From positions 1 through 64,000 of the forward strand of contig CAZWVL010000008.1 in NCBI GenBank assembly GCA_964637115.1: a stretch of DNA of 64,000 nucleotides. The letters run 5' to 3'. The notes under the pieces are model-generated. The model worked only from the letters and a program-made list of their open reading frames with translations. It was not told the origin of the DNA and searched no databases. Numbering within the stretch: the stretch's first letter is position 1; the number at the start of each line of letters is the position of its first letter. Source of the DNA: an uncultured Methanosarcinales archaeon (lineage in GTDB: Archaea; Nanobdellota; Nanobdellia; Woesearchaeales; ARS49). Positions 18,549-27,616 of the stretch are shown here, piece by piece. A program made the translations under genes and the position numbers.

Positions 18549-19220
18549 TTAGACAGTTCCGCCCAGGGCTGGTGATGGGCAGCACATTGCTACTCCACTA
18601 CCGTCAAAGGCTTCAAGGATGTCGTTCAAAGCGTAGTCTGGCACTACATACAAGCTCTGCAAGATTTGCGGAATTGTTCTGCAATTGCTTGACCATGCGC
18701 CGCCATACGTTGAAGCAGCTCTGTTATAGCTTGTTGGCTGCGTGTATGTGTCGTCACTTGGGTCTTCGTTTGCTCTTACAATTCCCTCACAGCTCACTTG
18801 GATGCTTGGGATCTGTGCTCGGTTTCTGTTGTATGAAATCTTCTGGCCAACTGTCTTGACAGTTCCACAGACACCGTTGAAGCATTCGCCAGTCACTACA
18901 TCTGCGACCTTCTGAAGGCCTTCTCCGCCTGGAGTTTGTCCATAGCTTGAGAATGTTCCGGTCTGATCATACGAACTTGCACTTGAGTAAGGATCTGCTT
19001 CACCTGATGGGAATTCCTTAGCTCTGCCCGAGAACGATCTTGAGATCGGGTCAAACACACCTCTGATTGCACCACCATATTCTTTGGCGGCTGGCACTGC
19101 GAATTCTCCAACTGCTGCCTTGCGCGCACCTGTGAATAGGAGCACCAAGCCAACGATGGCTATAATCGCTACAATGCCGAGAATAACCAATGCGATTCCT
19201 TTTCCACTTTCTTCTGCCAC
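18549..19220 (-). CDS. Membrane-anchored or secreted protein with class III (pilin-like) signal peptide pattern, paralog 1
   Basis: GAGGTGA RBS; KG|IALVILGIVAIIAIVGLVLLF; YGGAIRG; C-terminal Cys motif. Confidence 0.65.
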   Translation of the reverse strand: MAEESGKGIALVILGIVAIIAIVGLVLLFTGARKAAVGEFAVPAAKEYGGAIRGVFDPISRSFSGRAKEFPSGEADPYSSASSYDQTGTFSSYGQTPGGEGLQKVADVVTGECFNGVCGTVKTVGQKISYNRNRAQIPSIQVSCEGIVRANEDPSDDTYTQPTSYNRAASTYGGAWSSNCRTIPQILQSLYVVPDYALNDILEAFDGSGVAMCCPSPALGGTV

Positions 19221-19342
19221 AACTGATCACCTCGTTTAGTTGTACTTAAGCGTTTTTTGTGTGTTGTTACACACGCGCTCTTTATATATTTTTCGTTTTG
19301 TCAGAACGTACAATCGTTCTGTTTTATTTAAACTAAAAAAAA

Positions 19343-19846
19343 TTAACTGTAACTTCCGCCGTATGTGCCTCCATAATATCCCTGAGTTCGTCCGGCAATG
19401 CCTCCGACCATTGGCTCACCAGGGCAGACACATACGCCTGCCTTTGGACCGAGCGTGTTAATGACATTGTATCCAATTGATGCATAATAACCTGCTTCTG
19501 TTGGGTTGATTGAAGACAGGAAGCAGCCCTGGCCGCACTTGATCATTGGCGATGGAACATCACCAATCGGGTTTCTCTTAGGGTCGCCCTGCCAGTTCCA
19601 TTGAGTGTGCATGACATTACTTTGCGTTGCACCTGGATTGTACGTTGAACTTGCATCAGATATTCCGCCACGCGGAACACCTCTGCCAGTCCAGTAAGGA
19701 TATTCAATTCCTTTAATTGCACCGCCGTAAATACCCTGACCGGTTGCTGATTTGTTTTGCGTGAAAAGCAAGACCAAACCGACAATGGCAAGAATCGCTA
19801 CGATGCCAAGAATCACCAATGCTATTCCTTTATGTTCGTCAGCCAT
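19343..19846 (-). CDS. Membrane-anchored or secreted protein with class III (pilin-like) signal peptide pattern, paralog 2
   Basis: GAGGTGA RBS; KG|IALVILGIVAILAIVGLVLLF; YGGAIKG; C-terminal CVCP. Confidence 0.65.
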   Translation of the reverse strand: MADEHKGIALVILGIVAILAIVGLVLLFTQNKSATGQGIYGGAIKGIEYPYWTGRGVPRGGISDASSTYNPGATQSNVMHTQWNWQGDPKRNPIGDVPSPMIKCGQGCFLSSINPTEAGYYASIGYNVINTLGPKAGVCVCPGEPMVGGIAGRTQGYYGGTYGGSYS

Positions 19847-19958
19847 TTGATCACCTCAAATTTTTACTTGGAGACAAACCGAGCTTGCTCGGCGTACCTC
19901 TTTTGATGAAAGTCATGTCAATTTTACACTACTATAGGTTTATGTATACTGGATATAT

Positions 19959-20402
19959 TTAAATGTTTTGTTTCTTAGGTATGTATTCCCGTACCAAGAT
20001 GAGTACGACTGCTATTGAAACAGCAGTATCAGCGACGTTAAACGCAGGCCAGAAATGAAAGTCAATGAAGTCAAGAACAGCACCGTACAATATACGGTCC
20101 AGCAGATTGCCTAAAGCGCCACCGAGAATAAGGCCGAGAATTGGCTGCAGTTCTTTCCCAAAAGTTTTGTGCTTCAGTATAATATAGACACTGACCGCAG
20201 AAGCAAATATGATGAAAAACCACGACGCGCTTTTGAACAAGCCAAAAGCAGTGCCAGTGTTCAATACGTGAGATATTGAGATGATTGGAAAATCAATTGA
20301 AGAGTTCAAAGGAACATATTTTGCAACAAGAAATTTTGTTATTCTGTCGAGAATAAATATCGCGACTGCAATACTCCAGAAACCTAAATACTTGCGCGCC
20401 AT
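19959..20402 (-). CDS. lspA: Lipoprotein signal peptidase (signal peptidase II)
   Basis: DRITK, NTGTAFG, GGALGNLLDR, VLDFI, AFNVAD catalytic Asp motifs; four TM segments. Confidence 0.92.
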   Translation of the reverse strand: MARKYLGFWSIAVAIFILDRITKFLVAKYVPLNSSIDFPIISISHVLNTGTAFGLFKSASWFFIIFASAVSVYIILKHKTFGKELQPILGLILGGALGNLLDRILYGAVLDFIDFHFWPAFNVADTAVSIAVVLILVREYIPKKQNI

Positions 20403-20746
20403 CTCTGCTGATACGGACGTTCTTCGCCGCGCTCCAATCTTTCAAGTCGCTGCAGTACTGTTTCCAACTGAGCCTTAATCGTGTCAAGCTTTGAAGAAAT
20501 CAACTGCAACTGCTGCTCTGTAGACATTGTCGCCTGAAATTGCTGCTGCTGGCCGAATGACTGCGGCATGAACGGCTGCTGTTGATCTACAGGAGGCTCG
20601 GTAAGTCCTGCCATAGGTCTTGGCATTCCCATCTGCTCCATCCCTGCAGGCATTTGCGACTCTGACTGTGAAATTTCAGGAGCTCTCGGATACTCAGGCA
20701 CTTCTTCCTCTTTCTTCCAGAACTTCAATTTATCCATGAAAGCCAT
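20384..20746 (-). CDS. Hypothetical protein with Pro/Gln-rich linker and C-terminal coiled coil
   Basis: MAFMDKLKFWKK...QLQLISSKLDTIKAQLETVLQRLERLE. Confidence 0.7.
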   Translation of the reverse strand: MAFMDKLKFWKKEEEVPEYPRAPEISQSESQMPAGMEQMGMPRPMAGLTEPPVDQQQPFMPQSFGQQQQFQATMSTEQQLQLISSKLDTIKAQLETVLQRLERLERGEERPYQQRWRASI

Positions 20747-20791
20747 ACGATAAAAGAATTCCAAAGATGTTATAAATGTTGTGCTGAAGAA

Positions 20792-21454
20792 TTAAAGAGG
20801 CAGAGGAAGCCCAGGTCCCAAATTAATATCATCCAGCTCGGCAGCACGCTGAATTTTCCTTTCTGCAAGATAACCTTCATACTTTGCTTTCAACACATCA
20901 AAAATTTGTCTTACACAAATTTTAACCGTGTTTCTTGTGGCACGAATTTGCCCGCAAGGATCATGAATATGATCAAATTCTTTCAGAAACACTGCTGAAC
21001 GACTAGCAAGTTCATCCCTAATTCTATCCGGCAGTGATACGCCATTAAGTCTTTCACTCAATGGGCTTATGTATTGCCGCACGTTACGTACGTGAGAAAT
21101 ATTGTCGATATGCTCTACTTCGCGCTCATAAAGAACTTCGCCGTGATAAGGATTCATTGGATTAATTATACGACGGCCTTCAGTCATCATTTCTGAATAC
21201 AGCGCAGCTGGAGACATTTTTCCATCAAACATTGCTGTCTGCTTATTGCTTGCAGAACAGGTGAAACCCGCAGCAACACCAAGAATCTCAGCAGGATTCA
21301 TAACTGCCATAAGACTACCGTTCACAGGCCCAAGTCCGCGATAGACTGCACTTAAAAAACTGTGACTGGGATTACGGTATAGTTGCGTTTCCTCTGCCAA
21401 TACCTGCTGACTGATGCCTTTTGCAGTAAAGCCGAATAATCTTAATGGTGCCAT
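20792..21454 (-). CDS. Hypothetical protein
   Basis: 220-aa ORF with upstream TTTATA box; no motif recognised. Confidence 0.65.
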   Translation of the reverse strand: MAPLRLFGFTAKGISQQVLAEETQLYRNPSHSFLSAVYRGLGPVNGSLMAVMNPAEILGVAAGFTCSASNKQTAMFDGKMSPAALYSEMMTEGRRIINPMNPYHGEVLYEREVEHIDNISHVRNVRQYISPLSERLNGVSLPDRIRDELASRSAVFLKEFDHIHDPCGQIRATRNTVKICVRQIFDVLKAKYEGYLAERKIQRAAELDDINLGPGLPLPL

Positions 21455-21544
21455 AGTACTATTAGGTGAAGCAACACTATATAAATTTAACTACTTCTTG
21501 GTGACTATATTATATATTTAAGCAAGCAGGTATCTGCCATATGC

Positions 21545-22330
21545 ATGCGGGTGGATAACTTTAGCTTACAGCACACATTAGACTCAGGACAGTTCTTCAG
21601 ATATAATAAAGACGGAGATTGGTATGTCTGCCAGGAAAGAAACAAGCTGTTCAAGATACGGCAGAAAGGAAATGAATTGGAGTTCACAGGAACAGATGCA
21701 GGGCACATCAAAAGATTATTTGGACTAAACCAGCACTACGACACAATAATAGAATTATTATCAAGCGACAAAACACTACTGCCCGCAATCAAAAAATACC
21801 ACGGTTTGCGGGTAATGCAGCGAGACCCTTGGGAAACGCTTGTCAGCTTCCAGTGCAGCATATTCAGCAACATCAAAAAAATAAAACTGAACATGAACTG
21901 TCTGGCTAAAGAATTTGGAGTGAATAAAGGGCATTACACCTTCCCAGGGCCTGGAAAACTAAATAATTTAGACAAAATCAAGAAATGCGCAACGGGATTC
22001 AGGGCGAAGTACATTTTTGCAGCAAATACAATGGTAAATGATGCTTATTTTGAGAAGTTGAAAAAGAAAAAATACGAAGACGCAAAAATAGAATTAATGG
22101 AGCTTCCAGGAGTTGCAGAAAAAGTCGCAGATTGTATTTGTCTGTTTGCTTTAGACAAAACGGAAGCGTTCCCAGTTGACGTATGGATAGAAAGAATCAT
22201 GACAAAACTTTATTTTGACGGCAAAAAGACAAAACATAAAGACATACGCACTTTTGCAAAAGACAGATGGGGCAAGTTAGCAGGATACGCACAGCAGTTT
22301 TTGTACCATTGGGGACGGATGAATGATTAA
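21545..22330 (+). CDS. ogg: 8-oxoguanine DNA glycosylase (OGG1/HhH-GPD family)
   Basis: LQHTLDSGQFFR, GLRVMQRDPWETLVSF, HhH LPGVAEKVADC, FPVDVWI. Confidence 0.88.
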   Translation: MRVDNFSLQHTLDSGQFFRYNKDGDWYVCQERNKLFKIRQKGNELEFTGTDAGHIKRLFGLNQHYDTIIELLSSDKTLLPAIKKYHGLRVMQRDPWETLVSFQCSIFSNIKKIKLNMNCLAKEFGVNKGHYTFPGPGKLNNLDKIKKCATGFRAKYIFAANTMVNDAYFEKLKKKKYEDAKIELMELPGVAEKVADCICLFALDKTEAFPVDVWIERIMTKLYFDGKKTKHKDIRTFAKDRWGKLAGYAQQFLYHWGRMND

Positions 22331-22973
22331 ACACTCGGAAATCGACAAAGTACTGAACATTCTTGTAAAAGAACAAGGAACGAGCACAATGCTCGGCAGA
22401 ATGGGAAAAAAATACGAACCTTTCAAAGTGCTGATTTCTACAATCCTGAGCGCGCGTGCGAAAGACGAAGTAACTGAAATAATTTCTGAGAAACTTTTTG
22501 AGAAATATCCGACTGCAGAGAAATTGGCACGGGCAGATAAGAAAGATATCATCAATATAATTAGACGGATTGGATTTTATAATGCCAAGTCGAAAAATAT
22601 TATTAATACAGCGAAAATGCTGCTGGAAAAGTTTGACGGAAAAGTGCCGGATACGCTTGAACAGTTGATTGAGCTACCGGGTGTAGGAAGGAAAGTGGCG
22701 AATTGTGTTTTAGTGTATTCGTTCAAGAAAGACGCCATACCAGTGGACACTCACTGCCACAGAATTCCAAACAGACTTGGATGGATTAAAACTAAAACTC
22801 CTGAAGAAACCGAACAGAAGCTTATGAAAATTGTGCCAAGAAAGCACTGGACCGCTTTTAATGATACTTTTGTATCACACGGCAAAACAATCTGCGTACC
22901 GATATCACCATTCTGCTCAAGATGCCCTATCTATAAGTACTGCAAGCGGGTTGGAGTGAAACGCCATCGCTGA
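22323..22973 (+). CDS. nth: Endonuclease III
   Basis: LISTILSAR..DE, LPGVGRKVAN, VDTH, C-x6-C-x2-C-x5-C Fe-S motif. Confidence 0.95.
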   Translation: MIKHSEIDKVLNILVKEQGTSTMLGRMGKKYEPFKVLISTILSARAKDEVTEIISEKLFEKYPTAEKLARADKKDIINIIRRIGFYNAKSKNIINTAKMLLEKFDGKVPDTLEQLIELPGVGRKVANCVLVYSFKKDAIPVDTHCHRIPNRLGWIKTKTPEETEQKLMKIVPRKHWTAFNDTFVSHGKTICVPISPFCSRCPIYKYCKRVGVKRHR

Positions 22974-22992
22974 CATAAACAAAGTAGCGGCA

Positions 22993-23367
22993 TTGTGCAT
23001 CAGAGACAAGAAACTGCTCATCGTGCACAAGAAAAACGTCGGCTACATATCATTAGGTGGCAAAATAAATCCAGGAGAAAGTGATGAACAGTGCCTTGAA
23101 CGCGAAATAAAAGAGGAAATCGGCTGCACAATGAAAAATCCGCGACACTTCGCCACATTTGAAGGACCAACACACGATTTCAAGCAAACGCTAAGAATGG
23201 TCTGCTACTTCTGCGACATCGAAGGAGAAATACAACTAAATCCAAACGACAATGTTGACGGTTACCGCTGGATTAGCAAAGAAGACTACAAACAAATAGA
23301 AAACGAACTCGCACACATGCTAAAAGCAAATATCATACCGGCACTCATAACAAAGGGACTCCTCTAA
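22993..23367 (+). CDS. Nudix hydrolase (true start probably slightly upstream)
   Basis: Nudix box GGKINPGESDEQCLEREIKEEIG. Confidence 0.88.
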   Translation: MCIRDKKLLIVHKKNVGYISLGGKINPGESDEQCLEREIKEEIGCTMKNPRHFATFEGPTHDFKQTLRMVCYFCDIEGEIQLNPNDNVDGYRWISKEDYKQIENELAHMLKANIIPALITKGLL

Positions 23368-23406
23368 TCACAAATAATTTAAACAACACATTGCAAACTA
23401 AAACCA

Positions 23407-23976
23407 ATGGTAAACATGATTAAAGTGCTTATTGCTGTTACCATACTCATACTCATAATTAGCATCGGCATGCTTGGCAAAAAACTGATAAGAGCGCTCA
23501 TCTTCAAGACGGCAAAAACAGAAAGCAACGAAAGCATCGTGCTTGAATGGGTAACGGGCATTCTTGTTGTCGGATTATCATTCGCATACTATCTCAACCA
23601 ACAACCAGAATCCGACATCACAATGTGGATAGGAGTTGTTGTCTACTTTTTAGGCTGGATGCTGCAATTATTCGCACGCAGACAATTATACGACGACAAA
23701 AGCTTTGAAGAACGCCTGAAATCAGGATTTGAAGCAGCACAAATGGGATTATACGCAAAAATAAGGCACCCAAGCAAGGCAGCATTATTGCTAATCATGA
23801 TAGGATTGTGCTTTGCACTAGGCAGCATCTGGGCATTAGCAGTCCTATTGTTCCTATTCTTCCCAAGTATATTATATAGGATCAGCCAGGAAGAAAGAGC
23901 ATTAATGGACCAATTCGGAGACAGATGGATGTCATACAAAGAAGACACTAAACGAATCATACCCGGAGTATTCTGA
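23407..23976 (+). CDS. Isoprenylcysteine carboxyl methyltransferase/PEMT-like membrane protein
   Basis: GLYAKIRHP...EERAL...FGDRW..Y...TKRIIP; multiple TMs. Confidence 0.78.
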   Translation: MVNMIKVLIAVTILILIISIGMLGKKLIRALIFKTAKTESNESIVLEWVTGILVVGLSFAYYLNQQPESDITMWIGVVVYFLGWMLQLFARRQLYDDKSFEERLKSGFEAAQMGLYAKIRHPSKAALLLIMIGLCFALGSIWALAVLLFLFFPSILYRISQEERALMDQFGDRWMSYKEDTKRIIPGVF

Positions 23977-24914
23977 TGAAACAGAAAAAAGAGGAATGGA
24001 CGGGCAACAGAATTTTGCGCACGACCTGGAAAATAGTCAGCATGGGAATCAGCATAATATTGCTATTCTTTTTCGGCACAATATTTTTCAGCTTCTTCAG
24101 CTCATTAATACCAGAGACACTTTCAATCGGTAATGTAGCAGTGATACCAATTGAAGGACTGATAAGCACTGATGGAGACAATTGGATGCCATCAATCAAA
24201 AGTGCAAACATTGTCGAACAAATAGAAAAAGCGGACAAAAATACTGAGATAAAAGCGATATTACTAGAAATAAACAGCCCCGGCGGAACACCAGTTGCAA
24301 CAGACGAAATTGCCAATGCAGTAAAGTCTGCCAATAAGACAACAATAGCAGTCATCAGGGAAACAGGAGCGTCAGGAGCATACTGGATTGCAACAGCGGC
24401 AGACAAGATTTTCGCGAACAGGATGAGCATAACAGGAAGCATAGGAGTACAGGCCAGCAAACTCGAATATTATGGACTGCTGGCAGATTATAACGTCACG
24501 TACCGCAAACTAACCGCAGGACGACTGAAAGATGCAGGAACACCGTTCAGAGAAATGACGCCAGAAGAACAAACACTGTTCCAACAACTGCTTGACGGCC
24601 TGCACAATGAATTCATCAAAACAGTAGCAGAAAACAGACACTTGCCTGAAGCAAAAGTTAGGGAGCTTGCAACAGGATTTGTTTATTTGGGAAGCGAAGC
24701 AAAAGAACTAGGACTTGTAGATGAACTCGGCGGGAAAAAAGACGCTCTCAAGTATCTTGAGAAGACGCTGAACATAACTGCAGAGCCAGTCGAGTACAAA
24801 GAGAGAAAAACATTCTTTGAAGAACTATCCGGATTAACATCAAACAACTTCTACCAGATAGGAAGAGGAATTGGAAGCGTGTTTACTTCAGAAACAAAAG
24901 TCTCATTCACGTAA
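23976..24914 (+). CDS. sppA: Signal peptide peptidase SppA (S49)
   Basis: INSPGG, GASGAYWIATAADKIFA, TGSIGV, LGLVDELGG. Confidence 0.93.
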   Translation: MKQKKEEWTGNRILRTTWKIVSMGISIILLFFFGTIFFSFFSSLIPETLSIGNVAVIPIEGLISTDGDNWMPSIKSANIVEQIEKADKNTEIKAILLEINSPGGTPVATDEIANAVKSANKTTIAVIRETGASGAYWIATAADKIFANRMSITGSIGVQASKLEYYGLLADYNVTYRKLTAGRLKDAGTPFREMTPEEQTLFQQLLDGLHNEFIKTVAENRHLPEAKVRELATGFVYLGSEAKELGLVDELGGKKDALKYLEKTLNITAEPVEYKERKTFFEELSGLTSNNFYQIGRGIGSVFTSETKVSFT

Positions 24915-25331
24915 ATCTGCTTTCATTCCAACCCGAATATTTTTCTTCTCAGCAGCGCCTGCATTCAATTCAAGAACATACTTTGCAGGCTTTTCAGACG
25001 GATAAGTAGGACACGGATCAGCCTTGCACGGCAAGACATTGGCTTTAACTTCAACAACCATCATATTGCCGTCAAGAAAAATCATGTCCAGCGGAATTAA
25101 TGTATTCTTCATCCAGAATGTTTTTGAAGATTCTTCATTAAAGATGAACAACATGCCGTGATTTTCAGGCATTGACTCACGAAACATCAAACCTTTACTC
25201 TGTTCTGCAGGAGTACGGGCAATCTCAATTTCAAAAGAAACGCCATTGTCGAATGTAACCATTGGTATTGATGCGCACGCGGCTAACAACAACAAAAAAA
25301 TTATTTCTTTAATCCCATGCTGCTTTTCCAA
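24903..25331 (-). CDS. DUF192 family protein with lipobox
   Basis: EIARTPAEQSKGLMFR, GMLFIF, FWMKNTLIPLDMIF, YVLELNAG; LAAC lipobox. Confidence 0.88.
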   Translation of the reverse strand: MEKQHGIKEIIFLLLLAACASIPMVTFDNGVSFEIEIARTPAEQSKGLMFRESMPENHGMLFIFNEESSKTFWMKNTLIPLDMIFLDGNMMVVEVKANVLPCKADPCPTYPSEKPAKYVLELNAGAAEKKNIRVGMKADLRE

Positions 25332-25999
25332 ATCGGCACCTCATACGACATAGGCTCTTTTTCAAGTTTCAAGATACCAGCATCAATCAAGTCATCAATG
25401 TTCACCATATCCTTTGCAGAATCAGGAATTCTAGGACAGGCAGTGTTAACCCAATAGTCAATGAAAGTAAAGTTCTCAAACTCAGACATGTCAAGCTCAT
25501 CGCAGGCAAAAATAAAGTATTCCTTGTCAGCTTTCTTCTGCAACTCCAATGCACGCATCAAGTTTTTCTGGCCAATCTTTGTCGTAACAATAATGCCAAC
25601 CCTCTTTGCGTGCAAAAAATTGTTCAACTGGCCAAGCTTAAGCTTACGCCAATCATCAACACGCTTCTTGTCCAACAAGCCAAACTCTTTAGCCACAGGA
25701 TTCCACAAATAAACCGGCTGTGAAGTCATCATTGCAACCTGAACAGGATGAAACTCGCCAGAACCAACAAACAGCCATTGGTCAACATCTTTCTTGATTT
25801 TTTCAGCAGCAGAAGCATTGCAGCCAAGAACCTGGCCGGCAAGCATAGCGTGCTCCAACTGCTGGATAATATCTGCCATCTTATGCTGATGCTGGATTGT
25901 AGTCACAACACCCCACCTGCCCTTCGGCAGCTTCTTCAGAACACTTTCCGGCATCCTAACGTCAAGATTGCTCTTGGCATGAACGTGCATCAGTTTCAT
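25301..25999 (-). CDS. dph2: Diphthamide biosynthesis protein Dph2, N-terminally shortened
   Basis: GQVLGC, GSGEFHP, GIIVTTKIGQ, NTACPRI; 232 aa and lacks the N-terminal GACD-type segment. Confidence 0.8.
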   Translation of the reverse strand: MKLMHVHAKSNLDVRMPESVLKKLPKGRWGVVTTIQHQHKMADIIQQLEHAMLAGQVLGCNASAAEKIKKDVDQWLFVGSGEFHPVQVAMMTSQPVYLWNPVAKEFGLLDKKRVDDWRKLKLGQLNNFLHAKRVGIIVTTKIGQKNLMRALELQKKADKEYFIFACDELDMSEFENFTFIDYWVNTACPRIPDSAKDMVNIDDLIDAGILKLEKEPMSYEVPIWKSSMGLKK

Positions 26000-26116
26000 A
26001 ACAAAGAAATCGACGAGAGTCTTTTAAAAAGGTTTCGACAGTAAGTTCAAACTATCCTGAAAGGCACGACTTTAGGACTGGATAAAAAGGTAGGACTTCT
26101 TGATGGTGTTCAAGTC

Positions 26117-27388
26117 TTAGTCAGGACTAAATCCCGCTTTCACGGCGCTCGCATTCTGGTCCTGTTTGTAATATGACGTCATCTGTTTTTTCCATCTATC
26201 AAATTCTGCCCAGGTCATGGCGCGATTTTCTGGCGCTATGCCAAGCTTGGCGCATGCCCATTCGTAGAGCCTGATAAAAACACGATAGTTACGACTCTCT
26301 GTTTGCTTATCTACCCAATATTTAGTGCTCATTATGTGTTCGGAAGGATAACTTTCCACACGAACGATATCCTGCTTGCTACTCATTAGATTGTTTAATT
26401 CATTGATTGGAAATCTTTGTGTTCCTATGATTATATCGGGCATTTTTTTGCCCTCGTTTTTGAGAAGTCCAAGTCCGATTGTGAAAAACATAAGCCTACC
26501 GATGTAATAGGTCGTGTGTGGATTGGCGACACCAAGGTGATCATAGTAGTATTGTTCTGCCTTTTTTGTTTTGGTTATATGCGAGAGTGCTTCCATGTGC
26601 GCTTTGAATTCATTTATCCATACTTTATTGAAGTCAACGAGACGAACATATTGTTTGTCCAAAAATTCACCCCCTCCTTCGCTGAGAAGTTCGAACATGC
26701 TTGCGTAAAGCGTAATGATTGCTGGATTGGCCAGTTTTTCCCCTAATGCTTTGAGCTTGTTTCTGAATTTTTCTTCAAATGCAAATGCACCTTTTACATT
26801 CTCATAATGGTGCTGACCAATTTCGTGGAAGAAATACTTGTAAACCGTTGGGTAGTCAAATTTGCCGAGATAATAGAATGGTCCGACGATACGTTCAACG
26901 ACCCATAAACCATTGAAGTAGACGTAAACCTCTTTTATGTTTGAAAGGTCTTGCTTGTAGTCTCCGTACCAGTCGCGATATTCGGCTTTCGGTGGTCGTA
27001 TTATGTGTATGTGCATGTGAAAATCATCGTCTGTTACAGCGTGGGACGCGTCTCGAAGGGCTGCTTGAATGGAAATAAAAAGCATTCTTGAAGAGATGTC
27101 GATAAAGTCTTTCCATGTTGGTGCAGGTTTTTGCCCAAGAAGTTGAGTAATTTTGCTGTAGATTTTGTACTCCTTTTCATATGTCCCAGTTTTCATGTCA
27201 AGATAGGTTTCTTCTCTTTCTGGTTCTTTTAGGTGGTGTGAAACAAATAGTTGCCAATCTGATGCGAAATCCTGCGGGCGATAGCTGCGCACGTCTTCAG
27301 CCTCATATCCTGTTTGACCATACGTGATTGTAACAGTGACTTTTTTATCGTGCACGGGAAAAGTTGTAGTTCTGGTCTCAACTGGCAT
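26117..27388 (-). CDS. Hypothetical protein, possible zinc metallopeptidase-like (HExxxH)
   Basis: 423-aa ORF; FFHEIGQHH and a downstream SEG. Confidence 0.6.
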   Translation of the reverse strand: MPVETRTTTFPVHDKKVTVTITYGQTGYEAEDVRSYRPQDFASDWQLFVSHHLKEPEREETYLDMKTGTYEKEYKIYSKITQLLGQKPAPTWKDFIDISSRMLFISIQAALRDASHAVTDDDFHMHIHIIRPPKAEYRDWYGDYKQDLSNIKEVYVYFNGLWVVERIVGPFYYLGKFDYPTVYKYFFHEIGQHHYENVKGAFAFEEKFRNKLKALGEKLANPAIITLYASMFELLSEGGGEFLDKQYVRLVDFNKVWINEFKAHMEALSHITKTKKAEQYYYDHLGVANPHTTYYIGRLMFFTIGLGLLKNEGKKMPDIIIGTQRFPINELNNLMSSKQDIVRVESYPSEHIMSTKYWVDKQTESRNYRVFIRLYEWACAKLGIAPENRAMTWAEFDRWKKQMTSYYKQDQNASAVKAGFSPD

Positions 27389-27616
27389 ATATGATTTAAG
27401 TCTCCACCTTTCTTTTTAAATATTCTCAAGATACAGAAGAATCCTTCACCTTCTTGAACAGTTCGAAAAGGTCGACTATAAAAAGAGTTTTTAGGACTGT
27501 AGGAAAAGGCGAGAGATTTATTTGTTTAATAGTTGTTAGTTTCAATCGGAAGAAAGGGCTAATCTAATTGGGCAAGTTTACAAACTTTTTTATACATAGT
27601 TCATATAACCTAAAAC

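Noticed and set aside
26050-27512. TTTAGGACTG...AAAAGG similarity flanking the 423-aa orphan
   Set aside because: Only about 10 bp exact; cannot be separated from chance.
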